A stretch of 64,000 nucleotides of DNA from assembly GCA_963675745.2 (NCBI GenBank), contig CAXXWX010000028.1:32001-96000 (forward strand), read 5' to 3'. The position numbers were made by a program, and so were the translations under genes. This stretch comes from Phycisphaerae bacterium. Its GTDB lineage: Bacteria > Planctomycetota > Phycisphaerae > UBA1845 > Fen-1342. This document shows positions 9,758-20,264 of the stretch, one piece after another (position 1 is the first letter of the stretch; every line of letters starts with the position of its first letter). The notes below the pieces were generated by a model. The model saw only the letters and a program-made list of their open reading frames with translations, was not told where the DNA came from and did not search any database.

Positions 9758-11182
9758 ATGGCCGCGCTGTCAAAGAAGAACATCTGGGAAGCAACGCCGG
9801 TATGTGTCAAGCAGACCGTGGGGCGCGTTGTGGGTCTGCTCCCACCGCGGTTGCTGCTCGGGCGGCGTTTCCGTGAGATGCAGCGCCTGGTCGAGTCCTC
9901 GCACTCGTGGTCGGCGGAACAGGCGCGCGAGTTTCAGCTCTCGCATCTTCGTCAGGCCCTCAGCCTGGCCTATGACAAGACCAGTCACTACCGCCGCTCC
10001 TTCGACGCGGTCGGGTTTGACCCGCGCGACCTCAAATCACCCGAGCAACTCGCGCTCTTACCGACCATCGACAAACAGACAGTCCGCGACCACCTCAACG
10101 AGTTGGCCACAATGCCGCTGACCTCGCGCGGCATCGATCGGGTATCCACCGGCGGAAGCAGCGGCCAGCCGTTGCGTTTCTACATCGATGCGAATCGTTC
10201 CGCCGCCGAATACGCCCACCTTGTGGCCGGCTGGCAGCGCATCGGGTATCGCCTTGATATCCCGCAGGTCGTCATTCGCGGACAGGTCGTTCCGCCGGAC
10301 CGGCGCGGCCTGCGCCACATGTACGACCCGGTGCTAAGACGCCATTATTACAGCAACTTCCACATGTCGGATGAGAACATGGGGCGGTACGTCGAGCACC
10401 TGCGCACGGTGGGCCCCTGCTTTCTGCACGTGTACCCGTCGTCGATAACGATGTTGACGTGTTTCATCATGCGCGCGGGGCTCGAACCGCCGCGCAACGT
10501 CAAGGGTGTGCTGGCCGGCTCGGAGAATGTCTACGCCGAGGATCGGGCCACGGTCGAACGGGTCTGGGGCGTCCCGTACCACTCCTGGTACGGTCACTCT
10601 GAAAAACTGGTGCTGGCGGCCGAGTGTGAGCACACGCGTAACTACCACGTCTGGCCGACGTATGGTTACTTCGAATTGCTGGACGACGATGGCAAGCCGA
10701 TCACGACGCCCGGTGTGCGTGGTGAGATCGTGGGAACGGGGTTCATCAACACCGTGATGCCGTTCATACGCTACCGCACGGGGGACTACGCGACGTTTGT
10801 TGGCGATCGATGTGTAGAATGTGGCCGGGAACACCCGATAATATCTGATATAGAAGGACGCTGGCCGTCAGGGGCCCTGGTCGCCGCTGACGGCGCGCTG
10901 GTCACTACGACAGCGCTGAACGTGCATGACGACACATTCGAGCGCGTGCGGCAGTATCAGTTTTACCAGGATACGATCGGTGAGGTCACCGTCCGCGTCG
11001 TGCCCACGGAGGATTACTCCGATGATGATCATGACAGAATCCTGCGCACGCTCGAACGTCGCCTGGGTCGGCGCATGCTGCTGAAGATCGAGGTTCGGGA
11101 GACGCTCCCACTGACGCAGCGCGGCAAGGCGGTCTGGGTCGTGCAGAAACTCGACGTCGGTAAACTGTCCCGCCAGGAGTAG
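9758..11182 (+). CDS. Phenylacetate-CoA ligase family / CapK-like adenylate-forming enzyme
   Basis: STGGSSGQP (ANL P-loop), YGHSE, MPFIRYRTGD, IEGR. Confidence 0.85.
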   Translation: MAALSKKNIWEATPVCVKQTVGRVVGLLPPRLLLGRRFREMQRLVESSHSWSAEQAREFQLSHLRQALSLAYDKTSHYRRSFDAVGFDPRDLKSPEQLALLPTIDKQTVRDHLNELATMPLTSRGIDRVSTGGSSGQPLRFYIDANRSAAEYAHLVAGWQRIGYRLDIPQVVIRGQVVPPDRRGLRHMYDPVLRRHYYSNFHMSDENMGRYVEHLRTVGPCFLHVYPSSITMLTCFIMRAGLEPPRNVKGVLAGSENVYAEDRATVERVWGVPYHSWYGHSEKLVLAAECEHTRNYHVWPTYGYFELLDDDGKPITTPGVRGEIVGTGFINTVMPFIRYRTGDYATFVGDRCVECGREHPIISDIEGRWPSGALVAADGALVTTTALNVHDDTFERVRQYQFYQDTIGEVTVRVVPTEDYSDDDHDRILRTLERRLGRRMLLKIEVRETLPLTQRGKAVWVVQKLDVGKLSRQE

Positions 11183-11188
11183 ACCATC

Positions 11189-13369
11189 GTGAAACAGGTT
11201 GTCCAGAACTACAACAGCGGCGAGCTGTGGATCGAAGATGTACCCACGCCGCTCTGCAAATCGGGCGGTGTGCTGGTACGTTCGGCGTATTCACTGGTCA
11301 GCATCGGCACCGAGCGCATGAAGGTCACGCAGGCCCGCATGAGCAAGCTGCAAATGGCCCGCGCGCGACCCGACAAGGTCAAACAGGTCATCGAGACCGT
11401 CCGGCAGACCGGCGTGATTGAGACCTACAAAAAGGTGCGCGAGCGGCTCGATGCGCTCACGCCGCTGGGCTACAGCCTGGCCGGCGTTGTCGAGGAAGTC
11501 GGCGCCGGGTTGGATGAATTCCGGGTCGGCGACCGCGTCGCCTGCGCGGGCGAGAAGATCGCCTGCCACGCCGACTTCGTCTCCGTGCCGCGCAATCTAT
11601 GTGTGCATGTGCCGGACGCCGTCGACCTGAAGGACGCGGCCTTTGCCACAGTCGGCGCAATCGCCATGCAGGGCGTGCGGCAATCGGGAGTGATGCTGGG
11701 CGATACCGTGCTGGTGGTCGGGCTGGGCCTGGTCGGGCTCCTGGGAGTGCAGATTCTCAAGGCGGCCGGCTGTCAAGTGATCGGCGTGGATCTCGACCCA
11801 AAGAAGGTCGAGTTGGCCCGCAGATGCGGCGCCGACCTGGCCGTCACGCGCGACAACACCGGGCTGAACGACGACCTGGCGCGCTTCACCGGCGGACGTG
11901 GTCCCGACGTCGGCTACATCGCCGCAAGCGCCAACACCGCCGACCCGATGGCGCTGGCCGGCGAGGTGGTGCGCGACCGCGGCAGGGTCGTCATCGTCGG
12001 AATGGTCAAGGTCGAAGCCGACTGGCAGGTCTACTACGAGAAGGAACTGTCGGTCGTCATGTCGCGCTCGTACGGCCCCGGTCGTTACGATCCCAACTTC
12101 GAGCAGAAGGGCATCGACTATCCGGTGGGCTACGTGCCCTGGACCCAGCGACGCAACATGGAGGAGTTTCTGCGGCTGATCGGCGCCGGACATGTCGATC
12201 CACAGGTTATGACGCCACAGGTCTATGACTTCGCCAACGCGCCGGAGGCGTATGACCGCGTAAGCGGCAAGTCGGGCGCGGCGGCGCCGATAGCGATCCT
12301 GTTCGAGTATCCGCCCGACGCACCAAAGTCGTTGAGTGTGACATTGCCAGCCACCGCGGCGCGGCGTCCACCGACCGCCGGCCAGGTGAACGTCAGCCTG
12401 GTCGGGGCGGGCAACTTCGCCACGGGCACATTGATACCCGCGCTGAAGAGCATCCCCGAGGCACGCCTGAGAACGATCTGTTCGGCACGCGGGCTTTCAG
12501 CGGCGAGCGCGGCCCGGCGTCATGGCTTTGCGCACGCGGCCAGCGATCTTCAGGAACTGCTCACCGACGTCGATACGCACGCCGTCGTGATCGCCACGCG
12601 CCATGACACGCATGCGCATTTCACCGGCGACGCGCTGCGCGCGGGCAAGCACGTGTTCGTTGAGAAGCCACTGGCCCTGACACGTGAACAGCTCGACAAC
12701 GTGATTGCCGCACAGGCGCAAAGCGATCGGATTGTGCTGCCGGGCTTCAACAGGCGCTTCAGCCCGCTCAGTGAAGCCGTCCAGACGTTCTTCTCCGGTC
12801 GCACGAGCCCCATCGAAGTGGTGTGCCGCGTCAACGCCGGCGCTTTGGGGTCCAGTTCGTGGTATCAGGATGCGGATGAGGGCGGCTGGCGCATCATCAG
12901 CGAGGGCTGCCACTTCGTCGACCTGATTCAATACCTCTGCCAGTCCCCGCCCGTGTGGGTAAGCGCGACTATGATCGGCGGAGCGGCGCGCGGTCAGCAG
13001 AACGACAACTGTGCCGTCACGCTGCGCATGGCGGATGGGTCGCTGGCCGTGTTGATCTACATCGCCAATGGCGACTCCTCGTTCGAAAAGGAGCGTATTG
13101 AGGTTTTCGGCCAGGGTCGCGTCGCGGTCATCGAGAATTGGCACGTCGCGCGCCTGGTCGCCAATGGACATACAGAAAAGGTCAGACCCCACGGTTCGGG
13201 CAAGGGCCACGGCCATGAAATGGCCGCATTCATCAACGCCATCCAAACCGGCCATCCGTCGCCACTACCATTCGATCAGGCGGTGGCGACCACACTGGCA
13301 ACCTTTGCCGCCGCCGAATCGTTGACCAGCGGCCAGCCGGTGGAGTTGCCCGCACTGATGGGGACGTGA
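11189..13369 (+). CDS. Bi-domain oxidoreductase (Zn-ADH-like/MDR + Gfo/Idh/MocA)
   Basis: MKQVVQN start, SLVSIGTE, LGYS, GLGLVG, SRSYGPGRYD. Second domain has GAGNFA, IATRHDTH, GKHVFVEKPL, GFNRRFSP, EGCHFVD. Confidence 0.9.
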   Translation: MKQVVQNYNSGELWIEDVPTPLCKSGGVLVRSAYSLVSIGTERMKVTQARMSKLQMARARPDKVKQVIETVRQTGVIETYKKVRERLDALTPLGYSLAGVVEEVGAGLDEFRVGDRVACAGEKIACHADFVSVPRNLCVHVPDAVDLKDAAFATVGAIAMQGVRQSGVMLGDTVLVVGLGLVGLLGVQILKAAGCQVIGVDLDPKKVELARRCGADLAVTRDNTGLNDDLARFTGGRGPDVGYIAASANTADPMALAGEVVRDRGRVVIVGMVKVEADWQVYYEKELSVVMSRSYGPGRYDPNFEQKGIDYPVGYVPWTQRRNMEEFLRLIGAGHVDPQVMTPQVYDFANAPEAYDRVSGKSGAAAPIAILFEYPPDAPKSLSVTLPATAARRPPTAGQVNVSLVGAGNFATGTLIPALKSIPEARLRTICSARGLSAASAARRHGFAHAASDLQELLTDVDTHAVVIATRHDTHAHFTGDALRAGKHVFVEKPLALTREQLDNVIAAQAQSDRIVLPGFNRRFSPLSEAVQTFFSGRTSPIEVVCRVNAGALGSSSWYQDADEGGWRIISEGCHFVDLIQYLCQSPPVWVSATMIGGAARGQQNDNCAVTLRMADGSLAVLIYIANGDSSFEKERIEVFGQGRVAVIENWHVARLVANGHTEKVRPHGSGKGHGHEMAAFINAIQTGHPSPLPFDQAVATTLATFAAAESLTSGQPVELPALMGT

Positions 13370-14154
13370 ATGTGGAGAGAGACGCCACGATGCCGACCAC
13401 GCAGCAGAAATGCAAGGCAATCCGCAATCGGCTTTATCCGGAGTCGGAGTGGCCAAGTGTGCGGCATCGGGGGAACATCCTGAATCATGCCTCTCCCGAG
13501 CTGGTCTACCTGGAGATCGGCGCCGGGCGGATGGGTAGGCTGCTGCGTCAGGTGGCTCCGCGATTCAAATTTGCATGGGGAATGGACTATGAAGCGGAGG
13601 GCGATGCTGACGCGAATGGCCGCTGGAAGCTGATTCAGGGCGATGCCCACAAGCTGCCGTTCGAAGCGAACGAGATCGACGTAATCGCCATGCAGGATGT
13701 GGTTGAGCACCTGGCCGACCCGCACCTGGTGTTCCGCGAGTGCGCCCGGGTGCTGCGGCCGGGCGGGAGTGTGTTGATCGCCACGGTCAATCAGTGGTTT
13801 CCGCCGATCGTGCTGGGCCGGGTGATGCCGCATTGGCTGCGACAAAAACTCAACAAGATCGCCACCGGCACGGCGGAAGAAGACACGTTTCCCGTCTATT
13901 ATCGCGCGAACAGCGCCCGCAGTCTGGTGCGCGCCGCCCAGGCCGCCGGCTTCGAGACGGTCCGCATGGAATATGTGAGTACCCACCCGCAGTACCTGAT
14001 GTTCTCGGTGCTGGTTTATCGCGCCGGAATCGTGATCGAGCGACTCGTTCGACGGTATGAGTGCCTTCGGGGCCTGCGACATTTCCTGCATTGTGAATTC
14101 AGGCTGAAGGACAACCAACCGGCTGGCCGGGTGAGCGACGGAGCTGCACGATGA
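13366..14154 (+). CDS. Class I SAM-dependent methyltransferase
   Basis: LEIGAGRMG (motif I), GDAHKLPF, VVEHL, RVLRPGG. GTGA overlap with the upstream stop. Confidence 0.85.
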   Translation: MNVERDATMPTTQQKCKAIRNRLYPESEWPSVRHRGNILNHASPELVYLEIGAGRMGRLLRQVAPRFKFAWGMDYEAEGDADANGRWKLIQGDAHKLPFEANEIDVIAMQDVVEHLADPHLVFRECARVLRPGGSVLIATVNQWFPPIVLGRVMPHWLRQKLNKIATGTAEEDTFPVYYRANSARSLVRAAQAAGFETVRMEYVSTHPQYLMFSVLVYRAGIVIERLVRRYECLRGLRHFLHCEFRLKDNQPAGRVSDGAAR

Positions 14155-14245
14155 GCGATCGGCTGAAGCAGGCGACAGCGCGAGCATACGCCACGCAACC
14201 GGCAATAAGCGGCGGCGTAGCGCCAGCGGCGCGGGAGACACATTC

Positions 14246-15103
14246 GTGAGCAATCCGCCGCCACAGGCCGGCCAGCGCGAGATCGTGCGCGAACACTTCG
14301 ATACCGCCAGCACAGAGTGGGGCCAGCGCTACGAGCGCCAGCCTCGGCGGATGTCCGATCTGGACCTGCAAATGCGGCGTGAGACTGCGCTGGCGATGTT
14401 GGAGGACATCCTGGCCGATGCGCGGACATACCCGCTGGCCGCGTTGGACCTGGGCTGCGGCCCGGGCGGTCTGCTTGCTGGGATCGACGCAAGCCGCCTG
14501 ACGGTGCATGGCGTCGATCTCTCACCCGAGATGATCGAGACGGCCCGGCGCACGTATCGCGATCACGACTACCGGGTCGCCGACGCGACCGATCTTCCAT
14601 ACGCCGACAGCAGCATGGATGTGGTTTTCTCGACAGGTGTGCTCGAGTACATTCCCGAGCCGGAGCGCGTGCTGGCGGAGGTACTACGGATCTTGCGGCC
14701 GGGCGGAAGCTTCGTGGTATCGTTTCCGAATCTCCAGAGCATCATGCGCAGCTTGTCGCGGATGGAGGTGGGCGTCGAACGTTTCACCTGGCGCGCGCTG
14801 CGCCGGCTGCGCGGCCGGTCACTCGAGGGGGATCCCGCGCCGCACTATCGACATAAACAATGGCGGCCACAACATGTGCGACACCTGCTGGAGCGTGCCG
14901 GTTTTACGATTCAGCGACGGGTGTTTCATACGATTGGGCTGTACGGAATGCTCGGTCGACTGTCCGCGAGTCTCTGGCTCTCTCGCGCGCTCTCACGCCG
15001 CCTGCGCGACAAGCCGGCCATTGCCGCGTGGCTTGGGACGACGATGGTGGTTCACGCGCGTGTTGTGAAAGCGTCGGCGCCGGATGGGGGACAGGCGCCA
15101 TGA
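14246..15103 (+). CDS. Class I SAM-dependent methyltransferase
   Basis: LDLGCGPG, GVDLSPEMI, ADATDLPY, VLEYI, RILRPGG. Confidence 0.88.
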   Translation: MSNPPPQAGQREIVREHFDTASTEWGQRYERQPRRMSDLDLQMRRETALAMLEDILADARTYPLAALDLGCGPGGLLAGIDASRLTVHGVDLSPEMIETARRTYRDHDYRVADATDLPYADSSMDVVFSTGVLEYIPEPERVLAEVLRILRPGGSFVVSFPNLQSIMRSLSRMEVGVERFTWRALRRLRGRSLEGDPAPHYRHKQWRPQHVRHLLERAGFTIQRRVFHTIGLYGMLGRLSASLWLSRALSRRLRDKPAIAAWLGTTMVVHARVVKASAPDGGQAP

Positions 15104-16494
15104 TCAGACTTAGCGCGCTGGCGATCCTGCTGGTGGTGCTGCTCGTGCTGTCCATGCGGCGCTGGTATTGGGGACTGTGTGGTCTGGTCATGCTGACCGT
15201 GTTGAATCAGCATCCGGACTTTCCCACGAACATCGCGGGAATTCAGGGCGCGAACCCGTGGAATCTCATGCTCGTGATCGTCGTGCTCGCGTGGTTGGCG
15301 CAACACCGCCGCGAACCACCTCGGGCCCGCATGTCGTTCTGGATCGTTGGATTGCTGATCGCGTACATCCTGGTGGTGGCGGGGACGGCGTTGGTGGCCG
15401 TGTTGGACGCGAACGCGTTTGTGCATGGTCCGCGGTCGCCGATCGAGGTTGCCGTTGATGCGTTCGTCAATCCGATCAAGTACCTTGTGGTCGGCATCCT
15501 GTTTTTCGACGGAACGTGTACGCGCGGCCGAGCGCGCCTGGCATTGTTCACGGCCATCGGCAGCGGACTCACCTACGCGTTCCTCGTCTTCAAAAGCATC
15601 CATATGCGCGTATTCACGATCGACTACGCCGATGCGCGACGCCTGACCGACAAGCTGGTCGGCCTGTACGCGAACGACATGGCCGAGTTACTGGCGTTTA
15701 CGATCTGGGCCGGCCTGTTCGTGGTCATTCTGCTCAACCGCAACTGGCAGCGCGCGGTGTGGCTCGGCGCCGTCGCCGTGGCCGTGCCCCCGTTTCTTAT
15801 GCTGAAATCCAGAGCCGGCTACCTCGCGGCGATAATGGTCGGGCTCGTGTTGGGAGTCATGCGTCATCGCTGGCTGCTGATCGCCTTTCCAGTGGCGATC
15901 GTGCTGACCGTCGTCTTCGTACCGAGCGCGCAAGAGCGTTTCATGTCCGGCCTTGGTCAGGGGGACGCTACGGATTGGGATCAAGTTTCGGCGGGGCGGA
16001 CTACATATCTCTGGCCGGCGGCGATCGAACAGATCCGGCGCGCCCCGCTGCTGGGCGATGGGCGCTATGCGATCCAGCGCAATCCAGACGTCTATTTGCG
16101 CATCATGGATTTGGGCGGCCGCAGTATTCCCGCGCATCCACACAACTCATACCTGGAGATCCTGCTCGACGCGGGCATTGTCGGCCTCGCGGTGTGTCTG
16201 GCGTGCGTGATAGGGCTGTTCGTGGCTTCGGCGCGACTTATGTTCATCTCGGAAGATCCGCTCATCCGCACGGCCGGCAAGGTCGCGATAATTGCGCTCG
16301 TCGCCGAATTGGCCGCCGGCGTGGCCGGATCGAGTTTCTACTTCTCGCAAAGCGCCGTCCCCTGTCTCTGCGTTTGGGGCGTAGCACTTCGATCGCACGT
16401 TGAGTTGGCCGCGGCGCGCGCGCGACACCCGGCGATGTTCACGCGGGCCGCTCATGTGACCACCACCAGCACCGCGCGGATGGCAACGAGATGA
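15100..16494 (+). CDS. wzy: O-antigen ligase / Wzy polymerase family membrane protein
   Basis: About 12 hydrophobic segments, SRAGYLA, SAGRTTYLW, HPHNSYLEILLDAGIVG. True start is the ATG at 15100 overlapping the upstream TGA (ATGA). Confidence 0.8.
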   Translation: MIRLSALAILLVVLLVLSMRRWYWGLCGLVMLTVLNQHPDFPTNIAGIQGANPWNLMLVIVVLAWLAQHRREPPRARMSFWIVGLLIAYILVVAGTALVAVLDANAFVHGPRSPIEVAVDAFVNPIKYLVVGILFFDGTCTRGRARLALFTAIGSGLTYAFLVFKSIHMRVFTIDYADARRLTDKLVGLYANDMAELLAFTIWAGLFVVILLNRNWQRAVWLGAVAVAVPPFLMLKSRAGYLAAIMVGLVLGVMRHRWLLIAFPVAIVLTVVFVPSAQERFMSGLGQGDATDWDQVSAGRTTYLWPAAIEQIRRAPLLGDGRYAIQRNPDVYLRIMDLGGRSIPAHPHNSYLEILLDAGIVGLAVCLACVIGLFVASARLMFISEDPLIRTAGKVAIIALVAELAAGVAGSSFYFSQSAVPCLCVWGVALRSHVELAAARARHPAMFTRAAHVTTTSTARMATR

Positions 16495-17396
16495 TTCCAC
16501 TGCTCTATATCGCTTCGCCGAGCTACTCGGGCTCGACACTGCTGACGATGCTGCTGAACCCCCATCCGGACCTGGGAACGGTGGGCGAACTGAAGTGGGG
16601 CGACATCGATCTGGCCACGTACCAGTGCTCGTGCGGCACCCTGCTCAGCGAGTGCGCATTCTGGCGCGAAGTCGGGGAACGCGTGCGGGCGCGGGGGTTG
16701 CCGTTCAACCTCAACCGACCGGCGACCAGCTTTCGCTTTCCCGGCAATCCCTTCGCGAACCGTGTCGCACAGGCGCGGCTACGAGGACGCCTCTTCGAGT
16801 TGCTGCGCTCCGCCGCACTGGCAGTCCACCCTGTCAGCGCCCGCGAGTGGCCGGTGGTACAGGCAGTCAATCGCGCGGTCATCGAAACCACGCTCGAGAT
16901 CCAGCATGCGCGAATCTTCGCCGACGCCTCTAAAGATCCCGTTCGAGCGCGGCACATGTTCAAGACAGGCGACTACGACGTGCGCCTGATTCAACTGCTC
17001 CGCGACGGCCGCGCGGTAATGAACTCAGCGATAAAGAACGCCAGTGAGTCTCCAGAGATTGCGGTGCGCGAGTGGGTACGGACCCACCGACAAATCGAAC
17101 GACTCCGCGGAGAACTGGGCGACGAGCGCGTACTCCGGGTGCGCTACGAGGATTTGTGCGCGAGCCCGCGCGAGACACTCGCCGCGATCTTCACCTTTGT
17201 CGGCCTGGAGCCGCAAGACACAACTGCGCATTTTCGTTCAACTGAACACCATGTTCTGGGCAACCGCATGCGTTTGCGCAGCGAAACCGCGATCACGCTC
17301 GATGAGAAGTGGCGTGGCACGCTCACGGCAGACCAACTCCGGTTGTTCGAGCGCGGCGGACTGGCGGCCAACGCCGCCTATGGATACCGAGATTGA
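16491..17396 (+). CDS. PAPS-dependent sulfotransferase
   Basis: 5'-PSB-like SPSYSGSTLL, DASK, 3'-PB-like RDGRAVMNS, VRYEDLCASP. Confidence 0.85.
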   Translation: MIPLLYIASPSYSGSTLLTMLLNPHPDLGTVGELKWGDIDLATYQCSCGTLLSECAFWREVGERVRARGLPFNLNRPATSFRFPGNPFANRVAQARLRGRLFELLRSAALAVHPVSAREWPVVQAVNRAVIETTLEIQHARIFADASKDPVRARHMFKTGDYDVRLIQLLRDGRAVMNSAIKNASESPEIAVREWVRTHRQIERLRGELGDERVLRVRYEDLCASPRETLAAIFTFVGLEPQDTTAHFRSTEHHVLGNRMRLRSETAITLDEKWRGTLTADQLRLFERGGLAANAAYGYRD

Positions 17397-18967
17397 TGAT
17401 GGCCGAGCCGTCCCCATCCACAGCGCGCACCCCATCGCTGGTCCGCAGCGTCGTAACAAACTGGATCTGGTATGGCTTTGTGATGATCAGCGGGTTTCTG
17501 CTCCCGCGTTTCATTGACCGCGCGCACGGGCAGGAGTTGCTTGGTGTCTGGGACTTCGGCTGGTCGCTCGTGATATACGTGAGCATGCTGGCGCTCGGCG
17601 TGCAGTCCGCCGTGAATCCGGCCGTCGCGCGCTGTCGCGCAACCGCCGACTGGAAACAACTCAACGTGGCAGTGTGCGCCTGCCTCGGACTGTTGACGTT
17701 CAGCCTTGCCGGCGGGTTGCTGATGACCGCCGGTTTGTGTGTGGCGCTGCCAATGGTGTTGATGGATGCGTCACCGGAGCAGGTCGCGATCGGGCGATGG
17801 GTCATGGCGCTGCTGGGCCTCAGCGCCTGCTTGAGATTTCCCGGCAATGTTTTCAATGGCATAATCACCGGTTATCAGCGCTTCGACCTGCTGAACGTGA
17901 TCCGTGTAGCGCGCGATGTTGGTGTGCTGGGCGGCTGCCTTGCGCTCATCTACGCTGGATATGGCCTGGTGGCGCTCGCAACGCTGGTGCTGATTGGCGA
18001 CTTTCTGGCCGGCTTTGCCAAGTTGCTGCTCGCCCAGCGCCTCTGTCCGCAACTCGAAATCAGCCCCCGCCACATCGAATTGCGCGCGATGCGCAACATG
18101 GTCGGTTTCGGCGGGAAGACGATCCTGCAATCGTTGGCCGCCAGCGCTCACTATCAGCTCAGCAGCATTTTCGTCGGCATATTTCTGGGACCGGCAGTCC
18201 TGGCGGTGTTCGCTCGCCAAAGAGCACTCGTGATGCACTTGCTCCGCTTCACCCGTCAATACGCCCAGGTGTTGATTCCCTCCGGAAGCGATCTCGCGGC
18301 CCGAGGGCGCGATGAAGAACTCCGCCAGTTGCTGGTCAAGACTTCGCGCTATGGCTTCTATCTCGTGACTCCAATCGTCGCCATCTTTGTCATCATGGGA
18401 GGCCCCCTGCTCAATCTGTGGATGGGACCGGACTATGAGGCGCCGCTGACTCTCGCGATTCTGGCACTCGGTCACCTTGCGTCGGCCTCGCAGCATGGGG
18501 CCTACAGCCTACTGATGGGCGTTGACAAACATGGCTATCCGGCCCTATTCGAATTGCTTGCCGCGATCGGCGGCGCATTGATCGGACTGCTATTGCTCAT
18601 CGGAACCGATCTCGGTATGTGCGGCGTGGCAATCGGCGTTACCGTCGGCGTTGCCGCTGCCGCCGGAATTCTGACACCATATTACGCCTGCCGGCGATTC
18701 GGGCTCTCGTACACTTACTATCTTCGCGGGGTACTCGCGGGGCCGGCAATCGCGGCGCTGCCGATGATTGCCTGCCTGCTGGCCGCCCGAATGTACTGGG
18801 CCGATGCACCGCAAATGGCGTTGTTAATCGGCGTTCTCGCCGGCGGGCTCGGCGCCGCCCCGTTTTACTGGCGCTGGGGCATGCCTGATTCGATTCGCGC
18901 CAAAGTGCTGGCGTTAATCGGTCACGGTCGACCCCGCCATCCATCGGCCGGCGCTAACGCGCCATAA
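17396..18967 (+). CDS. wzx: Wzx-type polysaccharide flippase
   Basis: 12-14 TM segments with the typical PST-family layout (GYQRFDLLN, NLWMG). Start ATG at 17396 overlaps the upstream stop. Confidence 0.82.
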   Translation: MMAEPSPSTARTPSLVRSVVTNWIWYGFVMISGFLLPRFIDRAHGQELLGVWDFGWSLVIYVSMLALGVQSAVNPAVARCRATADWKQLNVAVCACLGLLTFSLAGGLLMTAGLCVALPMVLMDASPEQVAIGRWVMALLGLSACLRFPGNVFNGIITGYQRFDLLNVIRVARDVGVLGGCLALIYAGYGLVALATLVLIGDFLAGFAKLLLAQRLCPQLEISPRHIELRAMRNMVGFGGKTILQSLAASAHYQLSSIFVGIFLGPAVLAVFARQRALVMHLLRFTRQYAQVLIPSGSDLAARGRDEELRQLLVKTSRYGFYLVTPIVAIFVIMGGPLLNLWMGPDYEAPLTLAILALGHLASASQHGAYSLLMGVDKHGYPALFELLAAIGGALIGLLLLIGTDLGMCGVAIGVTVGVAAAAGILTPYYACRRFGLSYTYYLRGVLAGPAIAALPMIACLLAARMYWADAPQMALLIGVLAGGLGAAPFYWRWGMPDSIRAKVLALIGHGRPRHPSAGANAP

Positions 18968-19092
18968 CGCGAGGTGCCGATTGTGAGAAACCCGTCTGCC
19001 GAACACCCGACCGTAACCCACCGCGCCATACGCCGCCCGCGCCCTGATGCTGCGTGCTCGGCGCACCAGAGCGACTGGAGAAGATTCACCGG

Positions 19093-20232
19093 ATGACCGC
19101 GAGCGCCCGAGAAGAACCGAGCATCTGCTTCGTGGCCCCCAAGGCATACCCGCTGTTGTCGCAACGGACCGACTTGCGACACATCGGCGGCGCCGAGGTT
19201 CAGCAGCTCTTGATCGCGCGCGAGCTGGTGGCACGCGGCTGGCGCGTGACGTTCGTGACACTCGATCACGGTCAACCCGACGGCGTCCGCCACGACGGGA
19301 TTCAGGTGTTTAAGACCTACCGTCCACACGCCGGCCTCCCAGGCTTGCGGTTCTTCCATCCACGCTGGTCGTGTTTGCTGGGCGCGATGCGCCGCGCGCG
19401 GGCCACGGTGTATTATCAACGCAACAATGGCGCGGAAACCGGCCAGGCAGCGTACTGGTGTCGTCGCCAGCGCCGTCGTTTTGTCTTCGCCGTGTCATCG
19501 ATGACGAACTGCCTACCACAACTCCCGGGGCTGCCCACTTTGCGCGAACGCTGGCTCTATCGCTACGGACTCCGCCGCGCGGACAGCGTCGTGGTGCAGA
19601 CGGAACAACAAGCAGCGCTGATGGCAAGTAACTTTCGGGTCACGGCGGTCGTCATCAACAGTTGCTGCCCAACGCCGGCCGCCGCAAACCTGCCGGAGTC
19701 AGCGGCACCACCGCCCCGCCGCATCGTCTGGGTTGGACGCAACATCCCCGAGAAACGCCTTGACTGGTTTGTCGAAATGGCCCGTGCGCTGCCGTCGGTT
19801 CAGTGTGACGTCGTCGGTGTCAACCAGGAGGCGCTTGGCAGCATCGCCGTCCCACCCAACCTCGATTGCCTTGGCCCGCTGCCCTACCACGTTGCGGCGC
19901 GTAGCTATGCGAATGCCCGATTGCTTGTCAGCACATCCAGCATCGAGGGCTTCCCAAACACGTTTCTGGAGGCTTGGTCGCACGGCGTGCCGGTCGTGTC
20001 GACTGTCGACCCGGGCGGCATCATCTCGTCGCAGGGGTTGGGAGCCGTCGGCGACTCGATTCCCGAATTGACTCGGGCGGCCGCGCGCTTGATCGAGGAT
20101 GGGGAGTACTGGCGCGCCGCGAGCATGCGTTCACGCGACTATTGCCGCGCGCATCATAGTATCGCCAGCGTGTGTGATGCGTACGAGACACTCCTCTCCA
20201 ACTTGGGTGTTACGCGAGTACATGCGACGTGA
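19093..20232 (+). CDS. Glycosyltransferase family 4
   Basis: IGGAEVQQ, WVGRNIPEKR, EGFPNTFLEAWSHGVPVVST. Start is uncertain (19054 or 19093). Confidence 0.87.
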   Translation: MTASAREEPSICFVAPKAYPLLSQRTDLRHIGGAEVQQLLIARELVARGWRVTFVTLDHGQPDGVRHDGIQVFKTYRPHAGLPGLRFFHPRWSCLLGAMRRARATVYYQRNNGAETGQAAYWCRRQRRRFVFAVSSMTNCLPQLPGLPTLRERWLYRYGLRRADSVVVQTEQQAALMASNFRVTAVVINSCCPTPAAANLPESAAPPPRRIVWVGRNIPEKRLDWFVEMARALPSVQCDVVGVNQEALGSIAVPPNLDCLGPLPYHVAARSYANARLLVSTSSIEGFPNTFLEAWSHGVPVVSTVDPGGIISSQGLGAVGDSIPELTRAAARLIEDGEYWRAASMRSRDYCRAHHSIASVCDAYETLLSNLGVTRVHAT

Positions 20233-20264
20233 TGCCGCTGCCAAATACGCCGCAGGAGACCATC

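Noticed and set aside
14860..15099. N-terminal 80 aa of the 544-aa ORF
   Set aside because: Overlaps the methyltransferase in another frame. The membrane protein starts naturally at the ATGA-coupled ATG 15100.
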